This document shows, piece after piece, positions 49,072 to 59,159 of a stretch of 64,000 nt of DNA. The DNA is taken from contig OY820591.1 in assembly GCA_963555985.3 (NCBI GenBank), positions 1,696,001 through 1,760,000 of the forward strand, in the 5' to 3' direction. The stretch's first letter is position 1; every line of letters begins with the position of its first letter. The stretch comes from Dehalococcoidia bacterium (GTDB taxonomy: Bacteria > Chloroflexota > Dehalococcoidia > Bin125). The notes below the pieces were generated by a model. The model was not told where the DNA came from, searched no databases, and was given only the letters and a program-made list of their open reading frames with translations. A program made the position numbers and the translations under genes.

Positions 49072-51726
49072 TCATTCGCCGCCCATCGCGGAGTCGTCGT
49101 CGCCTGCGGTAGGTTCTCCGCATCTGCCCGTGTTCGAGTCGATCTTCTTGACGTCGTATTCGACAGCGGCCCATTGCATGAGGCAGTCCTTCATTTCGTG
49201 TTGATCCACTCCAAACTGCCGCTCCAAGGCACCCTCGGTGAACCACCAGGACCACCAGACCAACGTCTGGTGGTCAGCGAACTGACGATAATACGAAAGC
49301 AGCGACCGTTCACCACCCATGTGAACGAGCAATTCGGTCGCAATCGCGCCCAAGTCGTATGCGAAGTTCTCCAGATACTCTTCCAACTGTTCCACATCTG
49401 CGAGATCGCAATCAAATGTCTTCTCTGCCTTACGGCACAGCTTTTTCTTCGCCTCGACCCGGAAGCTGCTCCACCGCTCTGTCTGGAGCCGGGCATAGTC
49501 GACGTACTTTCGATCGAAGTATCGAGCATTTCCTTCGTACAGCCACTCCGGGGCAAGGGAAGCTTTATCGTATCCAGCATCAAAGGCATGCAGAAATCCC
49601 TCGTAGTCCGCCGAGGCCAACTGAAGAAGGTGGAAGTACTCGTGGGCTACGACTCTCTTCGTAACCTCGAGTCCAGGTTCGTTGTACATGTCATAACGAA
49701 ATCGGATGGCTGCGTGACCCGTGCGGGCCTGGGGAGGTGCAAGTGGGTTAACACTGTTTGGAGTACTTCTTGCCGCCCGTCCCGCTGCGTTCTTCTTCTC
49801 CGTCTCCAGGTCCAACACGTCGAAGGGGATCTCGTAGTGGTACTGCTCCATCAGCTGAGCGAAATCTTCAACGAAATACGGACCGACGTACAGGAAAGCG
49901 TCCTCCGACAGAGTTCCGCCGAATCGCGCTTCGGCGAAGTGCTCGATCGGCTTGATCGACGCCGCCAACTCGGCGATGGCATAGTGATCGTCCAGGAGGA
50001 AGTTCGCCTGCGCGCGCGTTTGATCGCCGGGCACGATCGCCAGGGCGTACTTGCCCTCGGCGAGCCGGTTGATGGAAGTGACGTCGATATAGTAGGTCCC
50101 GGGTTTGAGGACGAAGGTCGCGCCGGCGCCATAGGGTCCGAACCGACCGGCCCCGCTATCGCTGTAGTCATCGCCGCGCGACAGGCGGAACTCCACTGGC
50201 AGTTCGCTCGAGATTAAGTCGACTCGAACTTCGCGCTCCCCGTCCACCGTAAACGCGTATCGGTCAACCCGGCGCGACGGCGATGGATTGAGACTGAGGC
50301 AATCGCCCGATTCCAGGTGGCCATGCCCGACCAAACTATGCCGAACGTCCGTGGTGTCGATCGTGCCGAGTTCGATCGAGCCGCAGTCCCCGCCTGTTCC
50401 CGTCCGGCCATCGGAACCAAGTGAGACGCTGAGCTCATAGTTCCCAAGGCCGTCATAAGTTTGAGCGGCGACGATCTGGTAGTCGCCTGGGGCGAGGGAC
50501 TGGGTGATCTGGGAGCGCAACCCAGTTTCATCATCACCCGGAACAATTTCCCGTCCAGACCCATCCAGCAGGCGGACATACTCCGAGAAATCGCCGGAAC
50601 TCATCTTGATCGTCACCTCGGCGCTTTGCTCAAGCTTGAATGAGTAGAGGTCTGCGCGCTGTTCGGAGTCCAGCGGATCGCGGCAGTCGTCCCAGTAAGA
50701 GAGCAAGCCGGAGCGGTACGCGCCGAGCGAGCGCAACGTTCCCAGATCGTGGGCCGCGCAAGCGGCGACGCCGCCCTGCGTCACGCGCAGGCCGGCCGGC
50801 GGACTCGACTGACCATTGTCGTCGTCGCCCCAGCAATGGACCGCGCCTGACGCCGTCAGCCCGCAGGTGTAACCCCAGCCCGCGCTGACCTGCGTGAAAC
50901 GCCCGGCCGGCGGACTCGACTGGCCGGATTCGTCGTCGCCCCAGCACTGGACTGCGCCCGACGCCGTCAGCCCGCAGCTGTGTGTCCCGCCCGCGCTGAC
51001 CTGCGTGAAACGCCCGGCCGGCGGACTCCACTCGGTCGGCGGACTCCACTGGTCAAAGTTCACGTAGCCCCAGCACTGGACTTCCTTCGACGCCGTTAGC
51101 CCGCAGGTGTGCAACGAGCCCGCGCTGACCTGCGTGAAACGCCCGGCCGGCGGACTCGACTGGCCCGCCCAGTCGTCGCCCCAGCACTGGACCGCGCCCG
51201 AGGTCGTCAGCCCGCAGGTGTGCAACGCGCCCGCGCTGACCTGCGTGAAACGCCCGGCCGGCGGACTCGACTGGCCGAATTTGTCGTTGCCCCAGCACTG
51301 GACCGCGCTCGACGCCGTCACCCCGCAGCTGTGAAAAAAGCCTGCGCTGACTTGGGTGAAGCGACCCGCCGGCGGACTCGACTGGCCGTAGTCGTTCCGG
51401 CCCCAGCACTGCGCCGCGCCCGACGCCGTCACGCCGCAGCTGTGATGTACGTCCGCGCTGACCTGCGTGAAGCGCCCGGCCGGCGGACTCGACTGACCTT
51501 CGTCGTCCCCGCCCCAACACTGCACAGCGCCGGACTCCGTCACTACGCAGGTGTGATCCCCGCCCGCGCTGAGGGTTTCGACTAAACTCGATCCGCCCGA
51601 CTGCGCCTCTGCCGACCCGGCCTCAAGCCCCCAAACCGCAGCCGCAGCGACGACCGCGATGACCGCGAGCGCGGCCAGCCGCAGTTGCAATCTGAACCCA
51701 CCGTCTCCCATTTGCCGGAATGTCAT
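49072..51726 (-). CDS. Secreted multidomain protein: signal peptide, 7 RCC1/BLIP-II repeats, two PPC-like domains, zincin-like HExxH domain
   Basis: Hydrophobic N-terminus ending AEA-Q; 37-aa repeats QVSAG..H.CG....G.VQCWG....GQ; D.Y.F...PG.Y.I beta-sandwich patterns; VAHEYFHLLQ. Confidence 0.82.
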   Translation of the reverse strand: MTFRQMGDGGFRLQLRLAALAVIAVVAAAAVWGLEAGSAEAQSGGSSLVETLSAGGDHTCVVTESGAVQCWGGDDEGQSSPPAGRFTQVSADVHHSCGVTASGAAQCWGRNDYGQSSPPAGRFTQVSAGFFHSCGVTASSAVQCWGNDKFGQSSPPAGRFTQVSAGALHTCGLTTSGAVQCWGDDWAGQSSPPAGRFTQVSAGSLHTCGLTASKEVQCWGYVNFDQWSPPTEWSPPAGRFTQVSAGGTHSCGLTASGAVQCWGDDESGQSSPPAGRFTQVSAGWGYTCGLTASGAVHCWGDDDNGQSSPPAGLRVTQGGVAACAAHDLGTLRSLGAYRSGLLSYWDDCRDPLDSEQRADLYSFKLEQSAEVTIKMSSGDFSEYVRLLDGSGREIVPGDDETGLRSQITQSLAPGDYQIVAAQTYDGLGNYELSVSLGSDGRTGTGGDCGSIELGTIDTTDVRHSLVGHGHLESGDCLSLNPSPSRRVDRYAFTVDGEREVRVDLISSELPVEFRLSRGDDYSDSGAGRFGPYGAGATFVLKPGTYYIDVTSINRLAEGKYALAIVPGDQTRAQANFLLDDHYAIAELAASIKPIEHFAEARFGGTLSEDAFLYVGPYFVEDFAQLMEQYHYEIPFDVLDLETEKKNAAGRAARSTPNSVNPLAPPQARTGHAAIRFRYDMYNEPGLEVTKRVVAHEYFHLLQLASADYEGFLHAFDAGYDKASLAPEWLYEGNARYFDRKYVDYARLQTERWSSFRVEAKKKLCRKAEKTFDCDLADVEQLEEYLENFAYDLGAIATELLVHMGGERSLLSYYRQFADHQTLVWWSWWFTEGALERQFGVDQHEMKDCLMQWAAVEYDVKKIDSNTGRCGEPTAGDDDSAMGGE
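50795..51575 (-). repeat. Seven ~111-bp intragenic tandem repeats (RCC1 blades)
   Basis: Recurrent CCGCGCTGACCTGCGTGAAACGCCCGGCCGGCGGACTC at ~111-bp spacing; one unit carries an extra 18 bp. Confidence 0.9.
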
Positions 51727-52171
51727 GAATGAGCAGCCTCTCCGCGCGAGAGGCTACAGGCATGACGGGTGTGCGTCCAATATCGGTGTGAGATTGGCAG
51801 TAGCGCTATGTATCCGAATGATGTGTGTCATGCTGGCGCGTGTATGTGAAGCTGCGACCATCCCTCATGCACGACATTCGGCTACACGCCCACTTGATAA
51901 GCTGGCAATCAGGTTTTTGTCTCCGCATATCGCCTCGCAAAGCGTCCTCAACGCGGTCACGTCGTCCATGTTCTCATCCATTCCTCGCTATGCGCCGTCT
52001 CAACTTGAGGGCTCTGACCGGACCGGACGAGTTCGACGCGGTCGTAGTCCGGGCTGGTCATGGGAAACTGCTCGGGGCGGGTCGGCAGGCGACCAAGGCG
52101 GCGACGCTCGTTATCCACAGAGGCCGATCATTCCCTCAACCTGACCTAAGATCGCCCCAAAGGAGTCTGCG

Positions 52172-53083
52172 ATGAGCGTGATGATGGAATCCAACCTGGA
52201 CCTGCCCAAGCACTCGGGCAAGGTGCGGGATATTTACGACCTGGGCGACCGGCTACTGCTGGTCACGACCGACCGCGTGTCGGCCTTTGATGTGGTGTTG
52301 CCCACAGGCATTCCCGACAAGGGCTGCGTACTCACCCAGATGTCGGCCTTCTGGTTCGAGACGACCGAATCGGTGGTGCCCAACCACATGATTCGGGTGA
52401 TCGATTCGACCGACAATCCCGACATTCCGGTACCGCTCGGCCCCGAGTACATCGGGCGCACGATGCTCGTGCGCAAGTGCGCGCCGGTCAAGCTGGAGGC
52501 GATCGTGCGCGGCTATCTGGCCGGTTCGGGTTGGGCCGAGTACCAGCGCGACGGCACCGTCTGCGGGATTCCCCTGCCGCCCGGTCTCTCGGAGTCCGAG
52601 CCGCTGCCCAATCCGATCTTTACGCCCTCGACCAAGGGCGAGATCGGCGAGCACGACGAGAACATCACCTACGAGCGCGCCTGCGAGATCGTGGGCGAGG
52701 ATGTCGCCAACACGGTGCGCGTGCGCTCGATGGCGCTCTACACCTACGGCCTCTCGCGGGCGCAGGAGGCGGGTTTCTACCTCGCCGACACCAAGTTTGA
52801 GTTCGGCGCCACTGAGAACGAGCAGGGCGAGGACGAGATCATCCTGATCGACGAGGCGCTGACGCCGGATTCGTCGCGCTTCTGGGATGCGGAGATCTAC
52901 AAGCCCGGCCGCTCGCAGCCGTCGTATGACAAGCAGCCCTTGCGCGACTGGCTCTCGGCGACAGGCTGGGACAAGGAACCGCCCGGCCCCGCCTTGCCGG
53001 ATGAGGTGGTGGACAACATTCGCGGCCGCTATCGCACTGCGTTTGAGCGCGTCACCGGGCGCGAGTTGATCACGGCGGGCTAG
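52172..53083 (+). CDS. purC: SAICAR synthetase
   Basis: GKVRDIY, TDRVSAFD, ADTKFEFG, DEALTPDSSRFW. Confidence 0.97.
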   Translation: MSVMMESNLDLPKHSGKVRDIYDLGDRLLLVTTDRVSAFDVVLPTGIPDKGCVLTQMSAFWFETTESVVPNHMIRVIDSTDNPDIPVPLGPEYIGRTMLVRKCAPVKLEAIVRGYLAGSGWAEYQRDGTVCGIPLPPGLSESEPLPNPIFTPSTKGEIGEHDENITYERACEIVGEDVANTVRVRSMALYTYGLSRAQEAGFYLADTKFEFGATENEQGEDEIILIDEALTPDSSRFWDAEIYKPGRSQPSYDKQPLRDWLSATGWDKEPPGPALPDEVVDNIRGRYRTAFERVTGRELITAG

Positions 53084-53091
53084 GGGTTGGC

Positions 53092-53355
53092 GTGCGCTAC
53101 AAGGCGGAGATTCACGTCACGCTGAAGCGGACCGTGAACGACCCGCAGGGGTTGGCCATTCGCGGCGGCCTGCACTCGTTGGGCTATGAGGGAGTAGAAG
53201 CAGTGCGGGCGGGCAAGTTCATTGAGGTCTGGCTGGAGGCCGAATCAGCAGAAGAAGCCCAGCGGCAAGCGGATGAGATGTCCGACCAACTGCTGGCGAA
53301 TCCGGTGATCGAGGATTACGTGATCTCGGTGGCGGAGGCCGTCGCTACGAGCTGA
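53092..53355 (+). CDS. purS: FGAM synthase subunit PurS
   Basis: DPQG, VRAGK, LLANPVIEDY. Confidence 0.95.
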   Translation: MRYKAEIHVTLKRTVNDPQGLAIRGGLHSLGYEGVEAVRAGKFIEVWLEAESAEEAQRQADEMSDQLLANPVIEDYVISVAEAVATS

Positions 53356-53932
53356 GCGTGCCCTTGGTGCTCGGAGCCCCTGATTCGTCCACGACCCGCA
53401 CGGCGTCGCGCAGGCAGCGCGCGAGCGCTTTGAAGGTCGCCTCGATGATGTGGTGCTCGTTCTCGCCGGCGAGTTGGCGGATGTGCAGCGCGAAACGACC
53501 CTCAAACGCGATCGTCTCCAAGATGTGCTTGGCCATTGACGAGGGCAGTTCGCCGATCATCGGCGCGGGGAAGCGCAGATCGATCACCGCATAGGGCCGC
53601 CCACTCAGATCGAGTGCGACCTGGATCAGCGACTCGTCCAGCGGGACGGTGCGATCGGCGAAGCGGGCGATGCCGGCGCGGTCGCCCAGGGCGTCATTCA
53701 ATGCTCGTCCGACCGCGATGGCGACGTCTTCCGAGGTGTGATGCGCGTCCACTTCGAGGTCGCCGGACGCACGCACGGTCAAGTCCAACCCGCCGTGCCG
53801 CGCCAGTTGGTGCAGCATGTGATCGAGCATTCCGACGCCTGTGGCGACGGACGCCTTGCCGGAGCCGTCGAGATTGAGCTCGACGCTGATCGAGGTTTCG
53901 CCGGTTTCGCGGAGAACTGTGGCGGTGCGCAT
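53345..53932 (-). CDS. hisB: Imidazoleglycerol-phosphate dehydratase
   Basis: DHML, DAHHTSED, N.HHIIEATFK, PSTKG. Confidence 0.97.
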   Translation of the reverse strand: MRTATVLRETGETSISVELNLDGSGKASVATGVGMLDHMLHQLARHGGLDLTVRASGDLEVDAHHTSEDVAIAVGRALNDALGDRAGIARFADRTVPLDESLIQVALDLSGRPYAVIDLRFPAPMIGELPSSMAKHILETIAFEGRFALHIRQLAGENEHHIIEATFKALARCLRDAVRVVDESGAPSTKGTLSS

Positions 53933-53976
53933 AGGTACACGTTGCCCGAATGGGTTACGCCTGTCTAGTGACGGCG

Positions 53977-54834
53977 TTACGTCGGACGCTCGGTCGTGCG
54001 CTCCTCGATCGCGTAGAGCTCGTCCATGCCTGCCATGTGCTGGACTTCTCGGTAGAGCGACATCAGCTCGTCCACCTCACGCCCCGACCCGCCGCTGGCG
54101 GCGATGCTGCGGTAGGCGTCGCGCATCGCGCCGTAGGCGGCGACCTGGCCGGTGAAGGGGTCGATCAGGACGTTGAAACCGTGTCCAGCCAGCGTCTCGC
54201 GGTCGAGCCGATCGGCGGGAGCCATGATCGAGAGCGGCCCGCCCAGCACTCTGCCCGCCTCGGCGATCTGCTCAGGATCGTTGGTGAACAGCATCAGCAC
54301 GTCCGCGCCGGCCTCGCGGTAGGCGGCCGACCGCTCCAGCGCCCGCTCGAACGATTCGTTTCGCACCGCGCCGGTGCGGGCGATGATGATGAAATCTGGA
54401 TCCGTGCGGGCGGCGACTGCCTCGCGCACCTTGTCCACCATCATCTCCAGCGAGACCAGATGCTCGACGCCCTTGTGATGATGCGCGCGCTTGGGCGCAA
54501 CCTGGTCCTCGATCTCAATCGCCGCCGCGCCCGCCGCCTCAATCTCACGCACGGCGCGAGTCGTATGCAGCGCGTCGCCGAAGCCAACGCCGCCGTCAAC
54601 GATCAGGGGCACGTTGGAGCGAGCGGTGATCTGGCGGGTCAGCCCCGCGACCTCGGTAATCGTGAGCAGCGCTTCGGAGACGGAGAGCTGAAAGCCGAAA
54701 CCGCCGCCGGAGAGATAGGCGGCCTCAAAGCCAAGCGACTCCACGAGCCGCGCAGAGAGCGGATCAAGCGCGACCGGCGCGAGGATCGGCTGTCCGCTGC
54801 GGACGAGGTTGGCGAATGCGGTGCGATCTGCCAT
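53977..54834 (-). CDS. Isocitrate lyase/PEP mutase superfamily protein
   Basis: DPLSARLVE..GF...YLSG, IVDGGVGFG, IEDQVAPKR, IIARTGA. Confidence 0.88.
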   Translation of the reverse strand: MADRTAFANLVRSGQPILAPVALDPLSARLVESLGFEAAYLSGGGFGFQLSVSEALLTITEVAGLTRQITARSNVPLIVDGGVGFGDALHTTRAVREIEAAGAAAIEIEDQVAPKRAHHHKGVEHLVSLEMMVDKVREAVAARTDPDFIIIARTGAVRNESFERALERSAAYREAGADVLMLFTNDPEQIAEAGRVLGGPLSIMAPADRLDRETLAGHGFNVLIDPFTGQVAAYGAMRDAYRSIAASGGSGREVDELMSLYREVQHMAGMDELYAIEERTTERPT

Positions 54835-56045
54835 TACTGATCTCCTTCGTCAAGAGACACGACGCCGCCCTCGACCAGACGCTCAATTTCTGCCGCCGAG
54901 CGGCCGATCAGCGCAAGCGCTTCGCGGGTGTGCTCGCCGATGGCGGAGGCTCCGCGCTTGAGTTTGATTGGCGTTCGGGAGAGGTGGACGGGGGAGCCGG
55001 AGACCTTGATCGTCTTCTGAGACTTGGCGACGGGGAGTTCGGCGATCATGCCCCGGGCTGCGATGTGGGGATCGTTGATGATCTGGGGGACGGTGTTCAT
55101 GGGAGCGGCGATGCAGACGCCTTCAAGCTCGGCTTCCCACTCGGCGGTGGTGCGACGCTTGAAGGCCTCGAAGAGGATCGGTTCCAGGTCGGCGTGGTGC
55201 TCGGTGCGGTCGGGGTTGGTCTGGAAACGGTCGTCGTGGAGCAGGTCGTCGCGCTCGATCTTGACGCAGAAGAGTTGCCAGTCCTTGACCCCGGCGATCA
55301 CCATCCAACCGTCGGCGGTGGGCAGCGCCTGGAAGGGCGTCACAAGCGGGTGGCGGGTGCCGATTGGCCCGGGCGCCTCATCGGTGTTGGCGGCGCGAAC
55401 GACGGCGTTCTCCAGCAGCGCCACCTGTGCGTCCAACATGGCGACGTCGACGTGCTGACCCAGACCGGAGGACTCGCGCTCGTGCATGGCGGCGAGCACG
55501 CCGATCGCGGTGTACATGCCGCCGGCCATGTCGCCGATGCTGTAGCCCGGTCGCGCGGGCGGGCCGCCGGGGTGTCCGGTGATGCTCATCACGCCGCCCA
55601 TGCCCTGCACGATCACGTCCACGGCCGGTCTGTGTTGGTAGGGGCCGGTGTGCCCGAAGCCCGAGGTGGAGGCGTAAATCAGGCGCGGGTTGACGGCCGA
55701 CAGATCGTCGTAGCCGAGACCCAGCCGTCCCATCGCGCCGGGGCGGAAGTTCTCGGTGAGCACGTCGATGCCGCCGCCGCTGGGGTCGATCAGGTCTTTG
55801 ACGATCTGGACGGCTTCGGGCTGCTTGAGGTCCAGCGTGAGCGACTTCTTGCCGCGATTGACGCTGAAGAAGTAGGTCGAGACGCCGTGCACGTAGGGGC
55901 CGGCACCGCGATGGCGCTCGTTGGTCTCGACGTGTTCGACCTTGTAGACATCGGCGCCGAGGTCGGTGAGGATCATCGAGCCGTAAGGCCCGGCGAGAGC
56001 CCAGGTGAAGTCGAGGATGCGGAGGCCTTCAAGTGGTCCGGGCAT
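54834..56045 (-). CDS. Family III CoA-transferase
   Basis: GLRILDFT.ALAGPY, NRGKKS, ENFRPG, SIGDMAGG. Confidence 0.92.
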   Translation of the reverse strand: MPGPLEGLRILDFTWALAGPYGSMILTDLGADVYKVEHVETNERHRGAGPYVHGVSTYFFSVNRGKKSLTLDLKQPEAVQIVKDLIDPSGGGIDVLTENFRPGAMGRLGLGYDDLSAVNPRLIYASTSGFGHTGPYQHRPAVDVIVQGMGGVMSITGHPGGPPARPGYSIGDMAGGMYTAIGVLAAMHERESSGLGQHVDVAMLDAQVALLENAVVRAANTDEAPGPIGTRHPLVTPFQALPTADGWMVIAGVKDWQLFCVKIERDDLLHDDRFQTNPDRTEHHADLEPILFEAFKRRTTAEWEAELEGVCIAAPMNTVPQIINDPHIAARGMIAELPVAKSQKTIKVSGSPVHLSRTPIKLKRGASAIGEHTREALALIGRSAAEIERLVEGGVVSLDEGDQ

Positions 56046-56061
56046 GATTCGGCCTCTCCAG

Positions 56062-56622
56062 CTATTCGAGTTCGAGTCCCGGCGTACCCGGTTCGAGCTG
56101 GACGCCGAGTGTGTTCAGCGCCATTGAGACGAGGTTGTACTGTCCGGCGGCGAAGACGACGTCCATTAGCTGTTTGGTGTCGTAGGTCTTGGCCAAGGTG
56201 TCCCAGGTCTCGTCGCTCACGAATGCGTCGGCGTGGAGTTCGTCCGCCGCTCGCAGGAGCGCCGCTTCATGCTCGCTCCAGGCGGCGTGATCGGGGCCTG
56301 CCTTGGTGCGTTCGACCTCTTCGAGTGAGAGTCCCGCTTGCTGCCCGATCCGCCGGTGCTGGCCAAACTCGTAGCCGGATTGGCAGTTCCAGCCCATGCG
56401 CAGGATCACCAATTCACGCTCGCGCTCGGGCAGCGACGATCCGGCGAGGACGTGCCGGGCGAAGTAACCCCACGCCGAGGAGAGTTCGGGGTAGTGCGCG
56501 AGCGTGCGGGTGATGTTCAGCACCGGTCCGCCGCGAGCCTCGGCGCGCTCCAGTTGGGCGCGTGATTCGCCTTCGGCGGTTTCGATGGTGAGCGGTTGCA
56601 AACGTGGTTCGGAGAGTCGCAT
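56062..56622 (-). CDS. Carboxymuconolactone decarboxylase/AhpD-like protein
   Basis: LAHYPEL, RERELVILR.GW.CQS.YEF.QH. Confidence 0.85.
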   Translation of the reverse strand: MRLSEPRLQPLTIETAEGESRAQLERAEARGGPVLNITRTLAHYPELSSAWGYFARHVLAGSSLPERERELVILRMGWNCQSGYEFGQHRRIGQQAGLSLEEVERTKAGPDHAAWSEHEAALLRAADELHADAFVSDETWDTLAKTYDTKQLMDVVFAAGQYNLVSMALNTLGVQLEPGTPGLELE

Positions 56623-56682
56623 CCGAGCAGCCTTTCGTGTTGGCCGCTGGCAGGATACGGCCTGGCGGCGCGAGCGCGAGAG

Positions 56683-57804
56683 TCAGTCTGCGAGCAACGC
56701 GGTCTGTAGGCGTTGGGCGAGCGACTCCAGCTGATCGGGCCGGGGAACGCTGATCCGCAGGCAATGTTCCAGGCGTGGATCGCTGTAGGTGCGAGTGAAG
56801 ACACCGAGCGAGGCGAGGCGGTCGTGCAAGTCTCTGCCGGAGCCGCGCTCGACCTCGACCAGGATGAAGTTGGCTTGGGATGGGATCGGGGAGAGGCCGT
56901 CCAAGCCGTTGATGATCTCGAAGAGCCGGTCGCGGCATGAGCGGATCTCTGCGATCTGCTTGTGCAGTTCGTTTGCGTGTTGCAATGCGGCCAGCGCGGC
57001 GACTTCCGCCGCCTGATTGATGTTGTAGGGCTGTTTGACCTTGATCAGCGCTTCGACCAGCTCTGCATTGGCCATTGCGTAGCCCACTCGCAGACCGGCG
57101 ATGCCGGCCCATTTGCTGAAGGTGCGGAGGATGAGCAGACGCGGGTACTGATCGAGCAACGGCACCGCGGACGCCTCTTCGCCGGCGAACTCAATGTAGG
57201 CCTCATCCAGCATCACGGTTGCGCCGGTGTCGAGGAGCTCGTGGATTGTGTCGCGCGCAATCAGATCGCCGCTGGGATTGTTGGGGGAAGTGAGCATCAC
57301 GACCCCGCGATGCTCCTGCGCAGCCTCAAGCAGTGGTTTGCGGGGGAGATCGAACCGTTCTCCACGCGGGATCTCAATCAGGCGAAGCTGGTTAACGTCG
57401 GCCAGGAACGGGTACATGCCAAACGAGGGAGGCGCGGTGATCACAGCCTCGCCAGGCTTCAGCAGCGCCCGGAAGGTGAGATCCAGGAGCTCGTCCGCGC
57501 CCGCGCCCGCGATGATTCGTTCCGCCTCCACGCCGGTGTAGCCGGCTAGCGCTGAGCGCAGCGCCGCCTGATTCGGATCGGGATAGATCGAGCCAAAATG
57601 CGGATCGGCGAGTGCGGATCGGAGCGCGGCGCGTACTCGCGGGTGCATCCCAAAGGGGTTCTCGTTGGCGTCGAGTTTGAGCGCATCGGCGGGATCGATT
57701 CCGGCGGCTCGGGCGCGCTCCGCGAGTGGAACTACGGGTGCGTAGCCCGGGAGTTTGGCCAGGTGCGGCAAAACCTGCGGGGGTTGGCTGCGCCAGTCGC
57801 TCAT
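56683..57804 (-). CDS. hisC: Histidinol-phosphate aminotransferase
   Basis: LDANENP, GADE, SPNNPSG, DEAYIEF, RTFSKWAGIAGLRVGY. Confidence 0.96.
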   Translation of the reverse strand: MSDWRSQPPQVLPHLAKLPGYAPVVPLAERARAAGIDPADALKLDANENPFGMHPRVRAALRSALADPHFGSIYPDPNQAALRSALAGYTGVEAERIIAGAGADELLDLTFRALLKPGEAVITAPPSFGMYPFLADVNQLRLIEIPRGERFDLPRKPLLEAAQEHRGVVMLTSPNNPSGDLIARDTIHELLDTGATVMLDEAYIEFAGEEASAVPLLDQYPRLLILRTFSKWAGIAGLRVGYAMANAELVEALIKVKQPYNINQAAEVAALAALQHANELHKQIAEIRSCRDRLFEIINGLDGLSPIPSQANFILVEVERGSGRDLHDRLASLGVFTRTYSDPRLEHCLRISVPRPDQLESLAQRLQTALLAD

Positions 57805-59159
57805 TGGTCGAGTCGGCGCCGCTCGAGTGAGCGCGCGTGTGCGTCGAGCAGCTCGGCATGGGCGATCAGCTCGGCGTCGGGCGCGATCTGGTCAAGCAGG
57901 TCGTCGGTGACTTGTACGACCGTGGTGATTTTCATGAACTCACCCACGTTGAGGGCGGAGGCGAAGCGCGCAGAGCCTCCGGTCGGCATCACGTGGGAAG
58001 GGCCGGCCACGTAGTCGCCGAGCGCCTCCGGGGAGGCTTCGCCGACGAACAGGCCGCCGGCGTTTCGCACCTGATCGATGCGCTGATGCGCGTCGGCCGT
58101 GACCAGCGCCAGGTGTTCGGGGGCGTATTGGTTTGCGAGCGCGAGCGCATCGTCGAGGTTGGGCACGTAGGCCAGGCCGCCGCGATTGCGGACGGCGTTG
58201 AGGGCGATCTCGCGGCGGGGCAGATCGGCGGCCTGGACGGTGAGTTGGGCGGCGACTCGCTCGGCCAGTTCTGCGCTGGTGCTGATCAGGATCGGGGCGG
58301 CGAAGTTGTCGTGTTCCGCTTGGGCGAGCAGGTCTGCGGCGACCAGCTCGGGATTGGCGGAGTCGTCGGCGATGATCAGCGTTTCGGTGGGTCCGTAGAT
58401 GGCGTCGATCCCGACGACTCCGTAGAGGCGGCGCTTGGCGGCGGTGACGAAGCGGTTGCCGGGGCCGAAGATCTTGTCGACGGGCGGGATTGACTCCGTA
58501 CCGTAGGCCAGCGCGGCGATCGCTTGAGCGCCGCCAATTTTGTAGACCGTGCTCACGCCCGCGATTTCGGCTGCGACCAGCTTGAGCGGATTGACTTGGG
58601 CGCGCCCGTCGGAGCCGGGCGTCGCCGGGCTTGCGATCACGACATCCTCGACTCCGGCGACGCGGGCCGGGATCGCGGTGTGCAGCACGGTTGAGGGATA
58701 TACGGCTGCGGTGCCGGGGACGTACAAGCCAACGCGTGCAAGCGGGCGCACGATTTGGCCGAGACCTTCGTGTGAAAATGATTGCGCGGCGTGTTTGAGT
58801 TGTAATTCGTGGTAGCGGCGCACGCGGTCGGCGGCGTTCTGGAGGGCGGTGAGCAGTTCGGGTGCGACCGTTGCGCGAGCCTCGGCGAATTCCTGCTCCA
58901 TTACTAGCAGATTGTCGGGCGCGGCGCCGTCGATCGCTTCTGCGAGCTCGCGCAGCGCGGTGTCGCCGCCTTCGCGGACTTGCTGGATGATCCGGCGAAC
59001 GGCCTCTTCGAAGCCGGGATCGTCAGCGAAGAGTCTGCGCAAGATGACGCGCTCCGGTTCGGTGAGCGCATCGTCGTCGGGACGGCGGCGCGCCAGGAGT
59101 TGGGCGCGCACCTCGTTCAGGCCGCGCCAGATCGGAATGGGATCGGAGGCGATAGTCAT
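57801..59159 (-). CDS. hisD: Histidinol dehydrogenase
   Basis: GLYVPG, GGAQAIAALAYGT, GPGN, QAEHD, APEHL, GPSHVMPT. Confidence 0.97.
   Translation of the reverse strand: MTIASDPIPIWRGLNEVRAQLLARRRPDDDALTEPERVILRRLFADDPGFEEAVRRIIQQVREGGDTALRELAEAIDGAAPDNLLVMEQEFAEARATVAPELLTALQNAADRVRRYHELQLKHAAQSFSHEGLGQIVRPLARVGLYVPGTAAVYPSTVLHTAIPARVAGVEDVVIASPATPGSDGRAQVNPLKLVAAEIAGVSTVYKIGGAQAIAALAYGTESIPPVDKIFGPGNRFVTAAKRRLYGVVGIDAIYGPTETLIIADDSANPELVAADLLAQAEHDNFAAPILISTSAELAERVAAQLTVQAADLPRREIALNAVRNRGGLAYVPNLDDALALANQYAPEHLALVTADAHQRIDQVRNAGGLFVGEASPEALGDYVAGPSHVMPTGGSARFASALNVGEFMKITTVVQVTDDLLDQIAPDAELIAHAELLDAHARSLERRRLDQ

Noticed and set aside
50795-51575. Regular repeats with variable intervals resembling a CRISPR array or DGR
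   Set aside because: Units are in-frame 111-bp protein repeats inside one ORF, and there is no reverse transcriptase or template repeat in the window.
52111-52119. Perfect DnaA box TTATCCACA upstream of purC
   Set aside because: A single box with no cluster, AT-rich unwinding element or dnaA nearby; not evidence for an origin.
51727-52171. Possible purine or ZTP riboswitch in the purC leader
   Set aside because: I could not recognise the consensus of either class by eye; an Rfam scan would be needed.
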